Notes: generated from the sequence alone by a model not told the origin. A DNA stretch of 63,153 nt, filler included, from Hyphochytrium catenoides (GCA_900088475.1; 12 parts of 12 records of this genome joined end to end with filler, not necessarily neighbours in it); one strand, 5' to 3'; shown: positions 23,322-36,726, numbered from the whole stretch's first letter. A program made the numbers and translations.

Positions 23322-25343
23322 CTAAGAAGAGGCCGGAGAGATGGGCTCCATCTCCACGAAGAGGCCAGGGGTCATCGGCATCGTGATTGTGCGCTTGTAG
23401 GTCGCCTTGGACACGTCAAAGTCCTTGGCGAAGCGAATGTTATAGTTCATCAGCAGCATCGCCGTCACAGCCTTGGCCTCAAGGTAAGCCATCTCTTTGC
23501 CCAGGCAGATTCGTGGACCTGCTTGAAAGACCGGGAACTTGAAAGGGTTCGGGTGCACGTAGCTTAAACAGAGACAAAAGAGAAGGAGAAAGAAGGGGGA
23601 TGGAGAGAGAGAGACACCGAGGGAAAGAGACAGAGAAAGACAGAAGAGAGAGTTGAATCTTTGCAACCCGGTGTTGAGGATGAGAGGAAGAAGAGGACAC
23701 CAGCAAAAATCAAAACTATGAAACTGTTCTAACCCGAGTCAAGATATGTCTTCACCGCCCGTCCTCCATTTACTCTCTCTCTGCTTCTCTCTCTGTCTCT
23801 GCTTCTCTCTCCCTCTCTGTGTCTCCTCAGTCTCTTTTTCGAGAATAGTAATGAAGCGTCCTCTCTTCTGGTTGCTGACTTACTGTCCGTCCTTCATATG
23901 TCTCTGGGGTTTATACTCCAGCGCATCAGGGCCCCAGATGCTCTCAAGGCGTCCCATGCCGTACGGGAAGTAGGCCACCATTGCACCGGCGGGGACTAGA
24001 GAGCCATCGGGGAAGTGATCCTCCTTGGTGCACTGCAGGAAGAACGAGAGCGAGAGAGAGAGGGTGTCTTTGTGAGGGAGAGAGAACCAAATCAATGGCT
24101 AAAAGACGGTGAAAACGGATAAGCCAAGAGAGAAAAAAGGCGCAAGAAAGAGGAAGAAAGAACAGAGGTAGAGTCTCTCTTGAAAATCCTCCTCTTACCA
24201 CTTTGATGTCAGAGGGCACAGAAGGGTGAAGCCGTAGCGTCTCTGTCACTGCTGCCTGAAGATAGTGGAGCTCTCCCAGCTGCTCATAAGAGGGACACTC
24301 TCCATATCTCTCTCCCATTACCGTCCTCAGCTCCTCTCTCAGCTTCTCCTGCTCCTCAGGACGCTGCAGAAGCTCGAAGAAGGTCCAAGAAAGAGCGTTG
24401 GCCGTGGTGTCTCTCCCTGCCAGGATGAAGTTTATCACCACGTCTCTTAAGAACTTGTCTCCATAAGGCGAGCCATCCTCCTGCTTGAGACCCATGAAGC
24501 GAGAAAGAAGATCCGATCTCTTCTCAAGCTCTTCTTGAGAAAGTTGCCTTCTGGCTGCAATGACCTTGTAGCTGAAGTCGTCGATGAGCTTGATTGAGTC
24601 TTTGAGAGTCTTCTCCATGCCGATGTTGAGGTACCTCATAACCTGCCACCAGAGAGATAACGAAGAGAGAGTGAGGGAGAGACACAGAGGCAGTGAAGCA
24701 AACCCGTTATAGGAACTCTAGCCAAAGATGCACTAATAAGTTGTGGAGGGGGAAGTAATGAAAAAGAGAAAGGAGTAGAAAAGACAAAGATGGAAAGAGA
24801 CAGAAAGAAGTAAAGTGTAAACAGGAGAGGGCACACAAAAGAGAAAGAGAGAGAGACGGAGAGAGAGAGAGAGACGGAGAGCGAGAGAAAGAAAGAAACG
24901 GGAGAGAGAGAGAGAGAGAGAGAGAGTGAGAGAGATAAGGAGCCAAAAGGGGCCTGGTCATTCAGCTGTCTACCTTCCAAATGATAGCATACTCCACCCT
25001 CATAGCCGTGACGGCAGTGGCTGTGTCAAAGGCGTCTGCAAAGGCCTGAGGATGCTCAGAGAGAGAGCCCAAGTCCACGCCGAAGCCCACCTTCCCTATA
25101 AACTCTAAGGTATACCGTTGGAAGATGTCCTGCAAGTCGATGCCCTTGCTGATGCCTTTCTCTCCCTTCTTCTCCTCCTCTCTCTCCTTCTCCATAAAGT
25201 GCTTGAGGAGCTGATGCAGCTTTGCCCCGTTTTCCTTGAGAATGACGCACTGATACTGTTTGAACTTGTTTACGCTGAACTCATACGAAGCCGCCTTGCG
25301 GTGCAGTCTCCACAACTAAGAGGCACCACCGCCAAAGGCAAAC

Positions 25344-25384
<41 letters not shown>

Positions 25385-26356
25385 AGAGGGAGAGAGAGAG
25401 AGAGAAAGTTGAGAGAAGAGAAAGAGAAAAGGGGGGGATTCCATAGGGAGCATGGGAGGATAGCAGGTTGGGTGAGCCGACAGGGATAGCAGTAGACAAA
25501 GGCAAGAGAGACGCAACAACAAGAAGAAAGAGGTGATCCCTTTCCCACTAAAAGACGACTGTTAGGTTCAACAACGGACAGAATTTGAACGAAAGAGAGA
25601 GAGAGAAGAAAGAGAGAGAGAGATGGTGTTTGAAGGCATTAGCTCTATATCCTCTCTCTTACGTCGCCATCCACGTTAAAGATCCCTTCCCCTAGCAGGT
25701 CCTCCAGAACGTCAATAAGCATCGAAGGGCCCTGCAGAACAGGGCGAGACACGAGGAAAGGGAAAGGGGAGGAGAAAGAGAGAGAGGCACACAGCTGTTA
25801 GACGGAAAAAGAAGATCCGGTACAAAATAGCCAAGCAGGCGAAGAAAGTCTAGAGAAGAAGCTCCAGCAGAAGCCAAGCACCGACAACCTAGCAGAGTGA
25901 AAGGCAAGACATCATTCCGAGAGAGGATTATGTCGTAGAGAGGAGAGAATGCAGGGTATTCAGACGGGAGTGAGAGCAAGAGAGAGAGCAAGTGCAAGAG
26001 AGAGAGAGAAAGAGAGAGAGAGAGGTGAGACAGAACTAGACTAAGGATATCGGCAAGAGTGAAGAAGAAAGAGGGCACCTTCGGATAGTTATCAAAGTTG
26101 GTCTTGAGCATATATTCCACGTTCTTAGGGTCCGCAGTGACAGTGATGGCCGAGGAAGTGAAGAACTCGTGAAAGGGAAGAATGTACCGGAAGGTCGTCT
26201 TTCCTGTCTTTCTCATGGCGAAGCGCAGTCCCTCCACCATGTCCTCGTAGAAACCCGTCTTACAATTAGGAGAGAAGAAGATGTCCAACAGACTGCCTAA
26301 GAAGGGAACAATGGTGGTATAGCCGGCCTTGGGAGGCTGGTTTGGCCTATAGCGAG

Positions 26357-26402
<46 letters not shown>

Positions 26403-26780
26403 CAGAAGGGAGGACAGATAGCAAGCGAGAATTAGTGACCATCTTACGAAGAAGGTAGGGTAAGACGATATAGACAGAGGGAGGAGAGAGAGAAAGAGAG
26501 ACCACGAAAGAGAGAGACAAAGAGATAGAGAGATGTGTCCGAATCCGGTGACTCCTCCCTCGGCGTTGGTCTCTCTGTAACCTCACCTGCTGAGCAACTC
26601 TGTATAGTTGACCAAGAGAAGCCAAACGAAGAAGCTCACGCCAAGAGAAACAGCGAGAAGAGGGAGAAAGTCAGAGAGAAGGCCAGTGCTCGAGAAAAGA
26701 CCGCTAGAGAGCGAGAGAGAAGAGGCCACAGGGAGGCCACAGGCTCCAGCCTCAGTGCTATTGCAGCTTGTTGCCTCCAT
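23322..26780 (-). CDS. Cytochrome P450, CYP86 clan (CYP704/CYP94-like), 7 exons
   Basis: Exons 26780-26587, 26346-26079, 25731-25663, 25315-24974, 24642-24199, 24032-23884 and 23562-23322 are in phase. Motifs: N-terminal TM helix, DPKNVEYMLKTNFDNYPKG, DLLGEGIFNVDG.LWRLHRK, AGRDTT, ETLRLHP and heme motif FQAGPRICLG. Confidence 0.93.
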
Positions 26781-27770
26781 TATCGCTTTCTCTTGATCAA
26801 TGCAAGAGAGACTGAGCTTTCTGCGCAATGAGAAGAAGATTCTGATCTGTTGAATGGAAGAACAGATGAAAGGCGAGAGCAGCAACAGGGGAAGGGGGAA
26901 CGAGAGCAAGAGGGGCAGCAGGGCTGCTGGAAGAGAGAGAGAGGCAAGAAACAGACAGAGAGAGAGAGAGAAGCAAGAAGGAAGAGGGAGGAAGAGAATG
27001 AAAGAGAGAGAGCGCAAGCAGCAGCAGCAGCAGCAGCCAGGAGGAGGAAAGGCAAGTAGCAAGCTCTCGATCTTCCAGTCATGAGAACGGGCAGGTGGTT
27101 CCTGCAGGCAAAACATGTAGTTCAGCTAGGGAGAGAAAGGAGAGAAAGAGAGAAAGAGCCTCTCTGCATTTTCCTCTCTTTGTCTCTCTCTCTCTTTCTT
27201 TCTGTGTCTCTCTCTTTCTCTCTCTTCTCTTTCTCTCTATCTGTGCCTTGAATATGCTGGGATGCGGCTTATCTCTAGGTCGCTGTTCCTATGGATCGAA
27301 GTGGACTTGCTTATAAATCTAAGGGCAGGAGGAATATCCTCAGGTAGAACTTTAGGCAGAGGAGATATCCGTTTCTACTATAGAGGTTATCTTACGTTAG
27401 TAATACGCAAATGACGCTTGACAAACCCAATGCCTTGTCAAAGAGATATCAGCATTATGTATAGTGGAGTGAGAAGACTCAAGGTCTTTGCCCTCAGTAG
27501 TAATACGTCCCCCTACCTGCCCTCTTCTCGTCCGCATAGCACAAACGAGTCCATCGTGAGAGCCTTCTCTTAAAGGGACGCTTGTAGGATATGTGATGTC
27601 ATTCTACAATAGCGAGAGGGCTAAACCCCTATAGAGGGGTCAAGCGGTGCCATCCAAATAGAAAGGCAAGTAGCCGCTGTCCCTTTTCCTGTCGAGCAAG
27701 TAGGGCGGGCCACTTGGTTATCGCTCTTCTTCTGCTGCCTCTTGTCCTCCCTTCGCCTTCTCTCTCTCTC

Positions 27771-27806
<36 letters not shown>

Positions 27807-28527
27807 GCTCTCTCTCGCCTCTCTCTCTCACTCTCTCTCTCTCGCGCTCTCTGGCTCTCTCTCGCGCTCTTCTCTCTCTCGTGCTCTTCTCTTGCTTTCT
27901 ACAATAAAGTTTGCTACTTTCCCCAGCTAGCTAGACCCTGATAGTCAGTTGCTCTAAGCTTACCACGAGGTCTGGGCTACTAGTTCTTCCTAGTTTTTCC
28001 TTCTTGCTCCGTACTTTGACTTTTTTGGTCATCTTATTGTGTGATGATGGCTCCAGGTGGACTACGCATACTTGTAAAAGCAATAATAGCCCTAAAGGAG
28101 AGTGGTAGACCGCTAGAAAGAAATTCTTTTCTCTCTCTTACTCTCTCTCTCTCTTCTCTGTGCTGTGTCTCACCTTCGTTCTCTGTCTCTTATCTTTTAT
28201 CATGCGATGCGGGACTAGTGGCGGTGGGAAGTCGACGAGGGACAACAACCACGTGGTGGCAGTAGACACTTGAGGTTCTTATATTTTGGTCCACGCTCAT
28301 CAGAAACAACAACTGCTAATATTCGTATGTCCTCGATCGTCCACGAATGCAACTAGCAAAATTGGACCACTTTCTCTTGATCCGTTAGCCGGACTAGACT
28401 TGGTACCTGTAGAAAGAGGTCTAACTTNNNNNNNNNNNNNNNNNNNNNNNNNNNNNNNNNNNNNNNNNNNNTTAATTAATTAANNNNNNNNNNNNNNNNN
28501 NNNNNNNNNNNNNNNNNNNNNNNNNNN

Positions 28528-31010
28528 AGAAGAAAGAAGAGTAGGTGCGCCTGTAAGCCGTTAGCCACTACCACTTGAGGGGTAGGGGGAAAGCCTAAGA
28601 CTGCTCTTGCTTTAATTAGGCTGGACTAAAAACCTACAGTCCCGTTCCTGTGGGAAAACCCTGCCATCATTAGCACAGACCACCGACAAAAGTGAACTCT
28701 ATCTCTCTATCTGATCTCGTTCCTGCCTCTTCCCTCTATCCAAGCTTGCCCTTCCTTTTCTCCGCTCCTCAGTAGAGCGCTGTTCTTGTCCGTGGCCGAC
28801 AACAGGCCCCGGCCCTAACCGAGCAGCTGCAGGCTGTCTGCTACCAGTGCTAGCTGCTCCCGGATTCCGCCTCTGTCTCTCTTCTGGTTCCTGCGGCGGT
28901 TCTACTACTACTAACCGCAAGTGCTTCCGGTGAGCTCTGATGCCTTATTTAAAGTGGACAGTCCCGGCCCCGATGTTCAATCGCTCCCTCAATGAGGTAT
29001 GTAACGTGGTCCTCTGTGATCTTGAACCCGTGCGCATGGTTTCTTGCGCTCGAGGTAGGCTGTCACCTTTCATAATATCCTCTTCTTCTTCACGTGCCTT
29101 TCCCTCCTCCCGGTTCCTGAACCGTTTGCTGAGTCTGTCCGTTCCTGCCTCTTGTTTCTAGGATTCTTCAAGCAGTTCGCCCAAGGGTGCTCGTTAGTTT
29201 GGCAGGTGCGGCACAGAGACTCCTGTGGTTGGGACTGTTTGCCTTCTGGTCTGTTGGCGCTCAAAGCTGCTCTCCATAAGGATCGCATCTTATCCGCGAG
29301 CTGAATAAAGGTAGTCCGGTCGACCGCAGCGTCCTTTCTACTGTCCAAGAGGGTGCGCAGTTCCCTCTCCCTTGGGTGCTGCCGCACCCCGTCGACCAAC
29401 ATCTCCGCCATCCTCTCGAAGTGCAACTCGCCACGTTGCCCGTAAGCTCGGCGATATTGCCCGCGAAGTTCTTTAAGGAGTCCTTCTCTACGATTGACGA
29501 AGTCAAGCCAATCGATCTCCCGACCTCGGCTTGGGGCTCTTTGCTCCTCCAGCTCCGCCTTAGTTTCCTCCATTGGGTATCGCCCCTTGCTGCCGTAGGA
29601 GTCTCCATCTAATTTCTTTTGTAATGCGGCGCTTAAGCGACTATAGGTAGTCCGATCCTGCGGTGTTACTAGGTTCATTACATGTCGGTACTGCTTGCTA
29701 ATTGAGAGCTCTGCTCGCACCCTCTTTGCAGCGCTCCATCCGTTCGTCACTTCATGCAACTCCTTGAGGTGTTGCCGAAACCGGCAGGTGCCATCAAAGA
29801 TTGGCAGGCTCTCGCGGTCACTAGTCGACAGCTGTGCCTCCTCCCTAGTCCTTGCTGACTTCCCTTCTGTGTCTGATTCGGCACTATCCATTCCTCTGTC
29901 TAATACCGCTGGCCATTCATCCCGCCAGCGCCCAGACCTCCTCCAGCCTGGATGGTATTCCTTCGCCGTCCTGCTTCCTGATCTGAGTCTGTCTTCTGGC
30001 TCCGTCTCCGGTGCCGACTCCTCCCCTGACATGGGGAAGGTATCCATGAGGCGCCGCGGTTGAGGCCTCTCCGCCTCACTATCCTCAGCCTCAAGTTCGA
30101 GCTCCTTTGCCTCCTCCTCCGGGGTGCTTGGCTGCGCCTCGTCGGCACTCCGTGCGCCTGTCGGCCAGTCCTTTCTGGCGTCGCGGAGCTCCTGTGCTCC
30201 TGAGATCTATTGGCACTCCTGTGTGCCCGGCGGCCAGTCCTTTCTGGCGCCGCGGAGCTCCTGTGCTCCCTTGCGCTATTGGCACTCCTGTGTGCCTGTC
30301 GGCCAGTCCTTTCTGGCGTCGCGGAGCTCCTGTGCTCCCGAGTTCTATCGGCACTCCTTTGCACCCGTCGGCCAGTCCTTTCTGGCGCCACGGAGCTCCT
30401 GTGCTCCCGTGTTCTATCGGCACTCCTTTGCGCCTGTCGGCCAGTCCTTTCTGGCCTTGTGGATTCTCTGTGGACCTCCTGCAACAACCTTCCCTGTCCT
30501 TTCACTCGCCTGTGACTCATGAGCGCCAGTCTGCCCTCGTTGCTCCAACTGTCGAATGGACGCCGCCACCGCTGCCGATACCAGCCTAAACTCCCGCTGT
30601 GTGAGCGGCGTGCTGGCGTCCGGCTTAGGTAGGCTTTGCACCGGAGCGGCCTCCGATTGTTGACTGGCCCTCGTGTCAACCGCCCGACGTTGGCTGGACG
30701 AGTTGGCCGCGCGACGCCGCCCGCCATAAGTGCTTCTTCTACCTTCTGAGCTGCCTGCGGCTCCTCGCCCGCCTTCTACTACCCCTCGGCCCCCTGCGGC
30801 CGCTCTGCCTTTCCTTCCTCTCGTCTCTACCATCTTCCCTCCTCCTGTACTTCTTCGTCTTCCCTTCTCCTCCTCGCCCTAGTCCTTCTTCCGCTCTCCT
30901 CCTCTCCTTTCCACTTTCTTAGCGCAAATGTGCCCTCCTCGGTCACCTCTCGCAACCTCCTCCCAAGCTCGTCCCTTGCCCAGGAGGTAAAGCTCAAGCT
31001 ACCATGTGGT
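28528..31010 (-). mobile_element. Ty3/gypsy-like LTR retrotransposon 5' part: LTR end/PBS, gag, decayed protease start
   Basis: Minus strand ..CCACA is followed by PBS-like TGGTAGCTTGAGC (31004-30992). The gag frame 30833-29070 starts MVETR and has a CCHC knuckle CRTCQTNEHPWANC. A second, decayed knuckle (EHRGRDCP) lies at ~28960 and SSLI..VVVANG (retropepsin-like) near the contig end. Confidence 0.7.
30140..30456. repeat. 69-bp VNTR (about 4.5 units) inside gag
   Basis: cggccagtcctttctggc starts at 30162, 30231, 30300, 30369 and 30438. Confidence 0.95.
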
Positions 31011-33684
31011 GAAGTACAAGGCAGATCGATGGGTTCAAGACGGGGAAATGCAGACTGAATTAGTATAGAGTGGAGCTCTGATCTGTCCTGGGTGAGTGGC
31101 TGAAGTCGGTGGCAGTGCAGCCACAGAGGATGAGGATGGGTGTCGGTCCTGAGGTAGTGGGTAGGATGTATAGAATCACTACAGAAGAAGGAATGTGGTG
31201 GTGGCCCACATGGTGGGCCTTGATTGCTTGCTGCTGTTGGCTGCTGGCCGATGATGATGGTGGATGCGCCATGATGATGATGGTGACGCGCCGCAGCACG
31301 CCCTAAGTAGGAGGAAGGAGGGAGGTGTGGGTCGGGTCGGTTCTCTTCTTGCTCTTGCGACCAGGAACTAGATAGTAGTTCTAGTTGGCAGAATATAGAA
31401 GATAGAAGAAGAAGACCATCATCTCTTTCTTCTTCCTCTTCTATAGAACTACCAGGTTCCCGTGCTACTTTCTAGGAATAAAAGTACCTTCCTTCTTCGT
31501 CGTTTCTTCGTTCTTCCTCTTATTCTACTTCTGCCTGTCGTCGGTCGGTCATCACCTTCTTCTGGAGGAAAGCAAAAGTAGTGCTCCTCCTCCACGCACC
31601 ACCACCACCACCCCAGTTGGTTCTTATGCTGCTCCTCTTCCTCCTCGTGCTGATGGCAAGTTTATGATGACGTGGTGGTGTGCCACTCATCAGCACGAGG
31701 AGGAAGAGGAGGAGCATAAGACGCCTCCCTCCACCCTACTCTTGCTGCCCCTACCTTTTTTTTCATCTTCCGTTAGTGCGTACGATTTGCGGCAACAGCA
31801 TCATGCCGCCGCCTCTATCATCTTCAGGATTATAGGCCTAATAACTGCTGATGATCATCCTCACGATCTGCGGCCGCCGCCGTTGGAGGTTGGAAGGACA
31901 TCGCTTGCCGCCTTCTTGTTCATTATTCCATAATCTTAGCATGATGATGCACATGTTATCATAGAAGATGATGATGACACCCGACTACTACTCATGATGC
32001 ATCGGTTATCTAACAACGCCAGCACTACTACTAGAGACCACGGACAACAAAGAACTTTTTCTTCTTCCTCTGGTCCGTCATCACTATTGCACCACCACAA
32101 GAAACTGCTGCTGAGTAGCTAGTATGCTATTGCAGGTATGTAGTGCGACAACTCCGTAGCAGCAGCGGTGGGTGGTAGAAGCTGCTGTTGATGAGGTCAG
32201 TGCTGCTGCAGCAGCTGCTGCTGCTCGCTAGTAGTGCTCTGAGGAGTCCCGTACTACTAATAGAAAGCAGCCCTGCCCGCTTCTTCAAAAATGTCAGTTG
32301 GACGAAGAGCTCTTTCTTGATATATTAATCCGAGGACTTTCTCGTTATTATGACCCTCCATCAAAAGCTGGTACGTACCAAGGCGGTAGTAATAACGGGG
32401 ATCGGCTGGTGCGAATGATGCGTCTTCTGTGCTACCACTAGGAAGCTTTACTTCTTCCGACTTTCTTTTTATGAGAGAAGTGCCTCGTCGTGGTGATAGC
32501 ATGGCGACGATACCCCAAGAAGGAGATGGATCCTCATTCTTCTTCTCCGCGGGGACCTTCCTTGCCTCTTATTCTTCGTCCTACTAGGTCCCTCTTTCTT
32601 TTTTGCTACAAGCTCAGAGCTAGTTGTTGCACCTAGAAATGTAAGGATATAAGAGCACTTCTCTTTCTGCTGGGTAGCTACTACATTGTCTCTGTTTCCT
32701 CCTTCTCCAATCGAAGAGGCAAAAAGGGGTTCTCCTTAGTAGTATTAGGTAAAGTCTTCACCACGTTGCCCTCTTCTATCACGTTATTAAACATTGATCT
32801 GTACAGACAGAGTATAAAGTAGTGGCTGGTGCATCTTTGTTAATCTTGAAGATCCAAGAAGGCTCGATCTTAAGGAATTGTGATGACAGGACATCCAAGA
32901 TGGAAAACGGCTGACATAGTGACAAGACAAGTGACATTGCGGCGGCTGGCGAGGTAACGGAATATTTCTTCCTTTGAATGATGGAGGAGTTAGAAGTGGA
33001 GAGAGAGAGAGAGAGAGAGAGGGGTGGGATGCGCTTGCAATAACCATACAGAGCCACTTCTCGGCAGACCAGGGCATACATTATTATTGATGCATATATA
33101 TATATAGCGTGCTGCTGCATGCGTGGTGCGACAGGGAAGAAGGAGAACAGAGAGAAACAGTAATGAACATAAGCAGCTCAGTCTACCTTCGCTATAATCG
33201 TTAGACACTAGTAGCATGTTAAAAGCATCCTTCCAGATTGACTGGGGGCAGAGACCAGAAACACTGCTGCGTGCTCTGCTCTGTAGATTCCTGGTATCTG
33301 CCCTGTAGAGGGGTTCACCGACCGGCAGCAGCTCTTGGATGTAAGACTACTGGTGGCATTATCCTTTTTTGACCTTCTCTTTTGATTCAAAGGCTGTTCG
33401 GATCGCTGGCACTACTGCTGTTCATGTCGACCCTGATGATGGTGTCTGGGGTGAACCATCTCCTGATAGCCCTTCCCAGTCCATGCTTGTCCACAATGCT
33501 ACCTTCCCCTTAGTACGTATGCATGATTGAAGATAGAAGAGGAGAAGGGTTGACGCTGTGCTCTCTTCTTGTATGTCGTTTCTCCTCCTCCTCTCAAGCA
33601 ACAGGGCTGCAGGAGGGTGGCGGGGTGCTTGACCCTTGCGTTGGAGCCATTTCTTTAGTTCCGTGGCCACCCTCTTCCCTTTCG

Positions 33685-34479
33685 CTACTGTCCGAACGAA
33701 GACACGAGGGTGTTCCGTCCCAGCGGAACGCTGTGCCCAATGCATTTACCATGCAGCTTTGCAAACTTATCACACCCATCGATGGCGCAGATGGAGTACA
33801 TCTCCATCATGTTGTTGGCTACCCTGTCCGGCATAGCCAAGCAATGGGTATAACCTGTCACCAGGCGGCCATCGTGCGTTGAGCCGTAGTAATGCTGAGA
33901 CTGAGGGTAGGCGTCGTGTGGGCCCAAAGGATGCTTGCCGCTATTCTGCACGGTCTGAGCAGAGTAATAAGAGACAGGATACTTGGCTTCCGCTTTTGCC
34001 TCTTCTTGCGACTCCGCCCTTCCACTAGCTGATGAGGATGATGCCTGGGGGTTCTGCACCATAACTCCTCCTTCAGATGTGGTCTGCATACTTCGTCTAT
34101 GGCCGGAGCAGAATGGGCCCTTCCTAGCTGTCTTGGTGCAGGTCGGATGCGCGCAGGTAGGCTCTGAGTTAGTAGGAGAGTGAGACTTGCACATCCCTCC
34201 TCGTACCGCCTGTCTAACACATCCTGGAGTTTTGCAGTGCGCCTTCTTAGCGCCATGTGCGACACAAACGCCTTTCTGTTGGGCTTGTCTGACACAGCCT
34301 TCAACTTTGCAGAACGGCTTCTTAGCTCCGTGAGAGACACAGAGGCCTGTGCGCACCGCAAACTTGGTACATCCTGCCACTGTGCAGCGGGCATGATGCA
34401 CCTTAGCACCGTGAGAGACACATACGCCTTGCCGCACAGCGTACTTCTCACAGCCCTGCATACGACACCTTCTCGCCAT
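33685..34479 (-). CDS. Intronless Cys/His-repeat (WRKY19-like zinc-finger) protein, 264 aa
   Basis: Six C-x4-C-x3-A-x5-C-x2-H units, e.g. CRMQGCEKYAVRQGVCVSHG and CTVAGCTKFAVRTGLCVSHG. No WRKYGQK motif. Confidence 0.85.
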   Translation of the reverse strand: MARRCRMQGCEKYAVRQGVCVSHGAKVHHARCTVAGCTKFAVRTGLCVSHGAKKPFCKVEGCVRQAQQKGVCVAHGAKKAHCKTPGCVRQAVRGGMCKSHSPTNSEPTCAHPTCTKTARKGPFCSGHRRSMQTTSEGGVMVQNPQASSSSASGRAESQEEAKAEAKYPVSYYSAQTVQNSGKHPLGPHDAYPQSQHYYGSTHDGRLVTGYTHCLAMPDRVANNMMEMYSICAIDGCDKFAKLHGKCIGHSVPLGRNTLVSSFGQ

Positions 34480-36184
34480 CCTGACTATAGTATGATGAGT
34501 CGAGAGAAAGGACTGCCCTGGGAGTAGATAATTAGCGCCCGTCTTCTTTCGTCTACAATGTTTTCTAGAAGACCAAGCACCAGGTTGCGACGGCCAGTCA
34601 CTTCTGTTACCAGGCGTTGCCCAAAGGGAAAGACAGGAGAGAGTGAGTTGATAGGAGACCGGGAGAGATGGCGCCGCAAATGGCGTCTGTTCCCTAGATA
34701 GTTAACAGTCGTCGGGCCAGAAAGGAAAGTGCACCTTTTTCTTGGTAGAGAGTCGGTGCTCAATGATTGCTGTTTGCCGACAGGAGGAGGAGGTAGTCCT
34801 ACTGTCTGTCCAGAGACTTGATGAAAAAGACAAGCAGCACAGCCTCTGCTGTGCGCTGCTGATAGTGACGATAGTAGTAGTTCCTGCTGAAAGAAGTAGA
34901 CTCTGCTGACGAAGACGTAGAAGATCCTTGAGACCTCCACAAAGAAAGTAAAGACATACTTTGGCGTTGTCTCAGGTTAGTTGTGTCGTGACACCAGCTG
35001 TCCGTGGTATGCTAACTGCGGCTGGTGAACTGCTAGAAGAGCAACCCTAATGAGGCGTTAAGATAAGGAAGGCTCCGGGCATCATGCGATGCTGCTGCTT
35101 TCTCTCTTTGTCTTCCCAACTATCTCTCTCGCTTCTTCCTTGCCTTCCGACTCCCCCTCGCTTTCTTTGACTTGCCGTTGGCACGCACTTTGTTGAGGCG
35201 ACAGGAAAGTGGCCTGTGACTGTCTTATCCCCAGCGGCCAAGCCTTGTTGTGTGCCTTGCTCCTCTTCGCTTTTCTCAGTTCTTTCTCTCTTTCCTTCTC
35301 CTCTTCTTCGTCGAAAGAAGGGAAGAAGGGGTAACTCGACAGAAGCAGTTATGCGATTGAGTCCCTCTATTGCCCTCTTCTCTCTCAGTTTGTCTTTGTT
35401 TGGCGCACCAACTGCCTTGTGGCAGAAGAGGCGATGGTCTGCAAGGCCTCTTCCTCAACAATCCATTGGCGAATGCTGTGCGTTGGGCAGAGCAAGCGAT
35501 CTCTTTCCACCTCATAACAAGGTGGTTGCACCTGCCATGCCGACCTGCTGTGTCGAAGTAATCCAGTGAGCGAGGAAGAGGGGCTGGCTCTTTGTATGAT
35601 AGTGCAGACAGTCAAGACAGAGAAGCCAGGAGTGAGAGACAGAAAGCGGAACCGTCCATAGCGCAAGGCCTGGGTGAGCCAGGAAGAGAGAGGAGAGAGA
35701 AGAGACAAGAGAAGAAGGAGAATGGCTAACTCCAACAAACGCTTTCAGGTGGTTTTCTCCTTCTTCCCCCCCGTTTGTCTCTTTCTACTTTTCTTGCAAG
35801 TCTTCTCTCCTCTTTCTCCTCTTCTCTCTCTCTCTCTCTCTCTCTCTTCTCTTCCATTCCCTCCTCCTAGCTTGGTACGTTTCCCTCTCTGTCTGGCAGA
35901 TTGGATGCCTGGACTGGGAGGGAAAGGTGCGGCTAGCTTTTGGCTCTGGTTGACGTTAAAGATGCTGAAAGAACCATCTCTTCGGCAGTCTCACGTCGGA
36001 GTTTGTGATTACACCTCATCTACCTTCCTCCACCTGTGATTCTACCTCTTCCTTTCTCTGTCTGTCAACCTCCTGAGCTCTTCCTCTCACATTTCTCACC
36101 CTCTCTCCAGTCTCTGTCTGGCTCCTCTCTGGATGAGTTTCTTTATTCTCTCTCGCTCTCTCTCTCTCTCTCTTCCCCCCACCC

Positions 36185-36216
<32 letters not shown>

Positions 36217-36667
36217 AAAGTGCCCGAGTCAATGCCACAGACCGTGTACTTGTGGGACTTCTTCGGTGCAGCTGGTTCTCCTTCTTCCGCCTGCTCTGTC
36301 TGTCTTGCAATTAATACATCCCTCTGTTGGCAAAGCCTCGATATCTCTTCCAAGGTCGTTCTCTTATCCAGAGAGGCGAATGAAGCCTTCGTGCTTTATC
36401 TCTCACATTCTCTGTCTCTCTCTTCGTCGTCGATGCCCTATAAACAGGATAGTTTGGGTCATCACGGTTGACTGGGGAACAGAGTCCCTCTGAAGGCGTT
36501 TGTTCTCTCTTGGCTCGCAATCGCCATTCAGGGCGGACTCCTCTGTCTCTCTCTCTCTTTCTCCTCTTTCTCTTTTCCTTTTTGCATAGGGTCTTTCTTC
36601 GTAACGACCTCACAGTGCTCTTGCTTGTCTCTTCCTCTTCATGGTGCTCTTCTCACTTATCTCCTCT

Positions 36668-36726
<59 letters not shown>

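Noticed and set aside
30140-30456. 69-bp array as a CRISPR array
   Set aside because: Units are homologous along their whole length with no unique spacers, no cas genes are present, and it lies within a gag.
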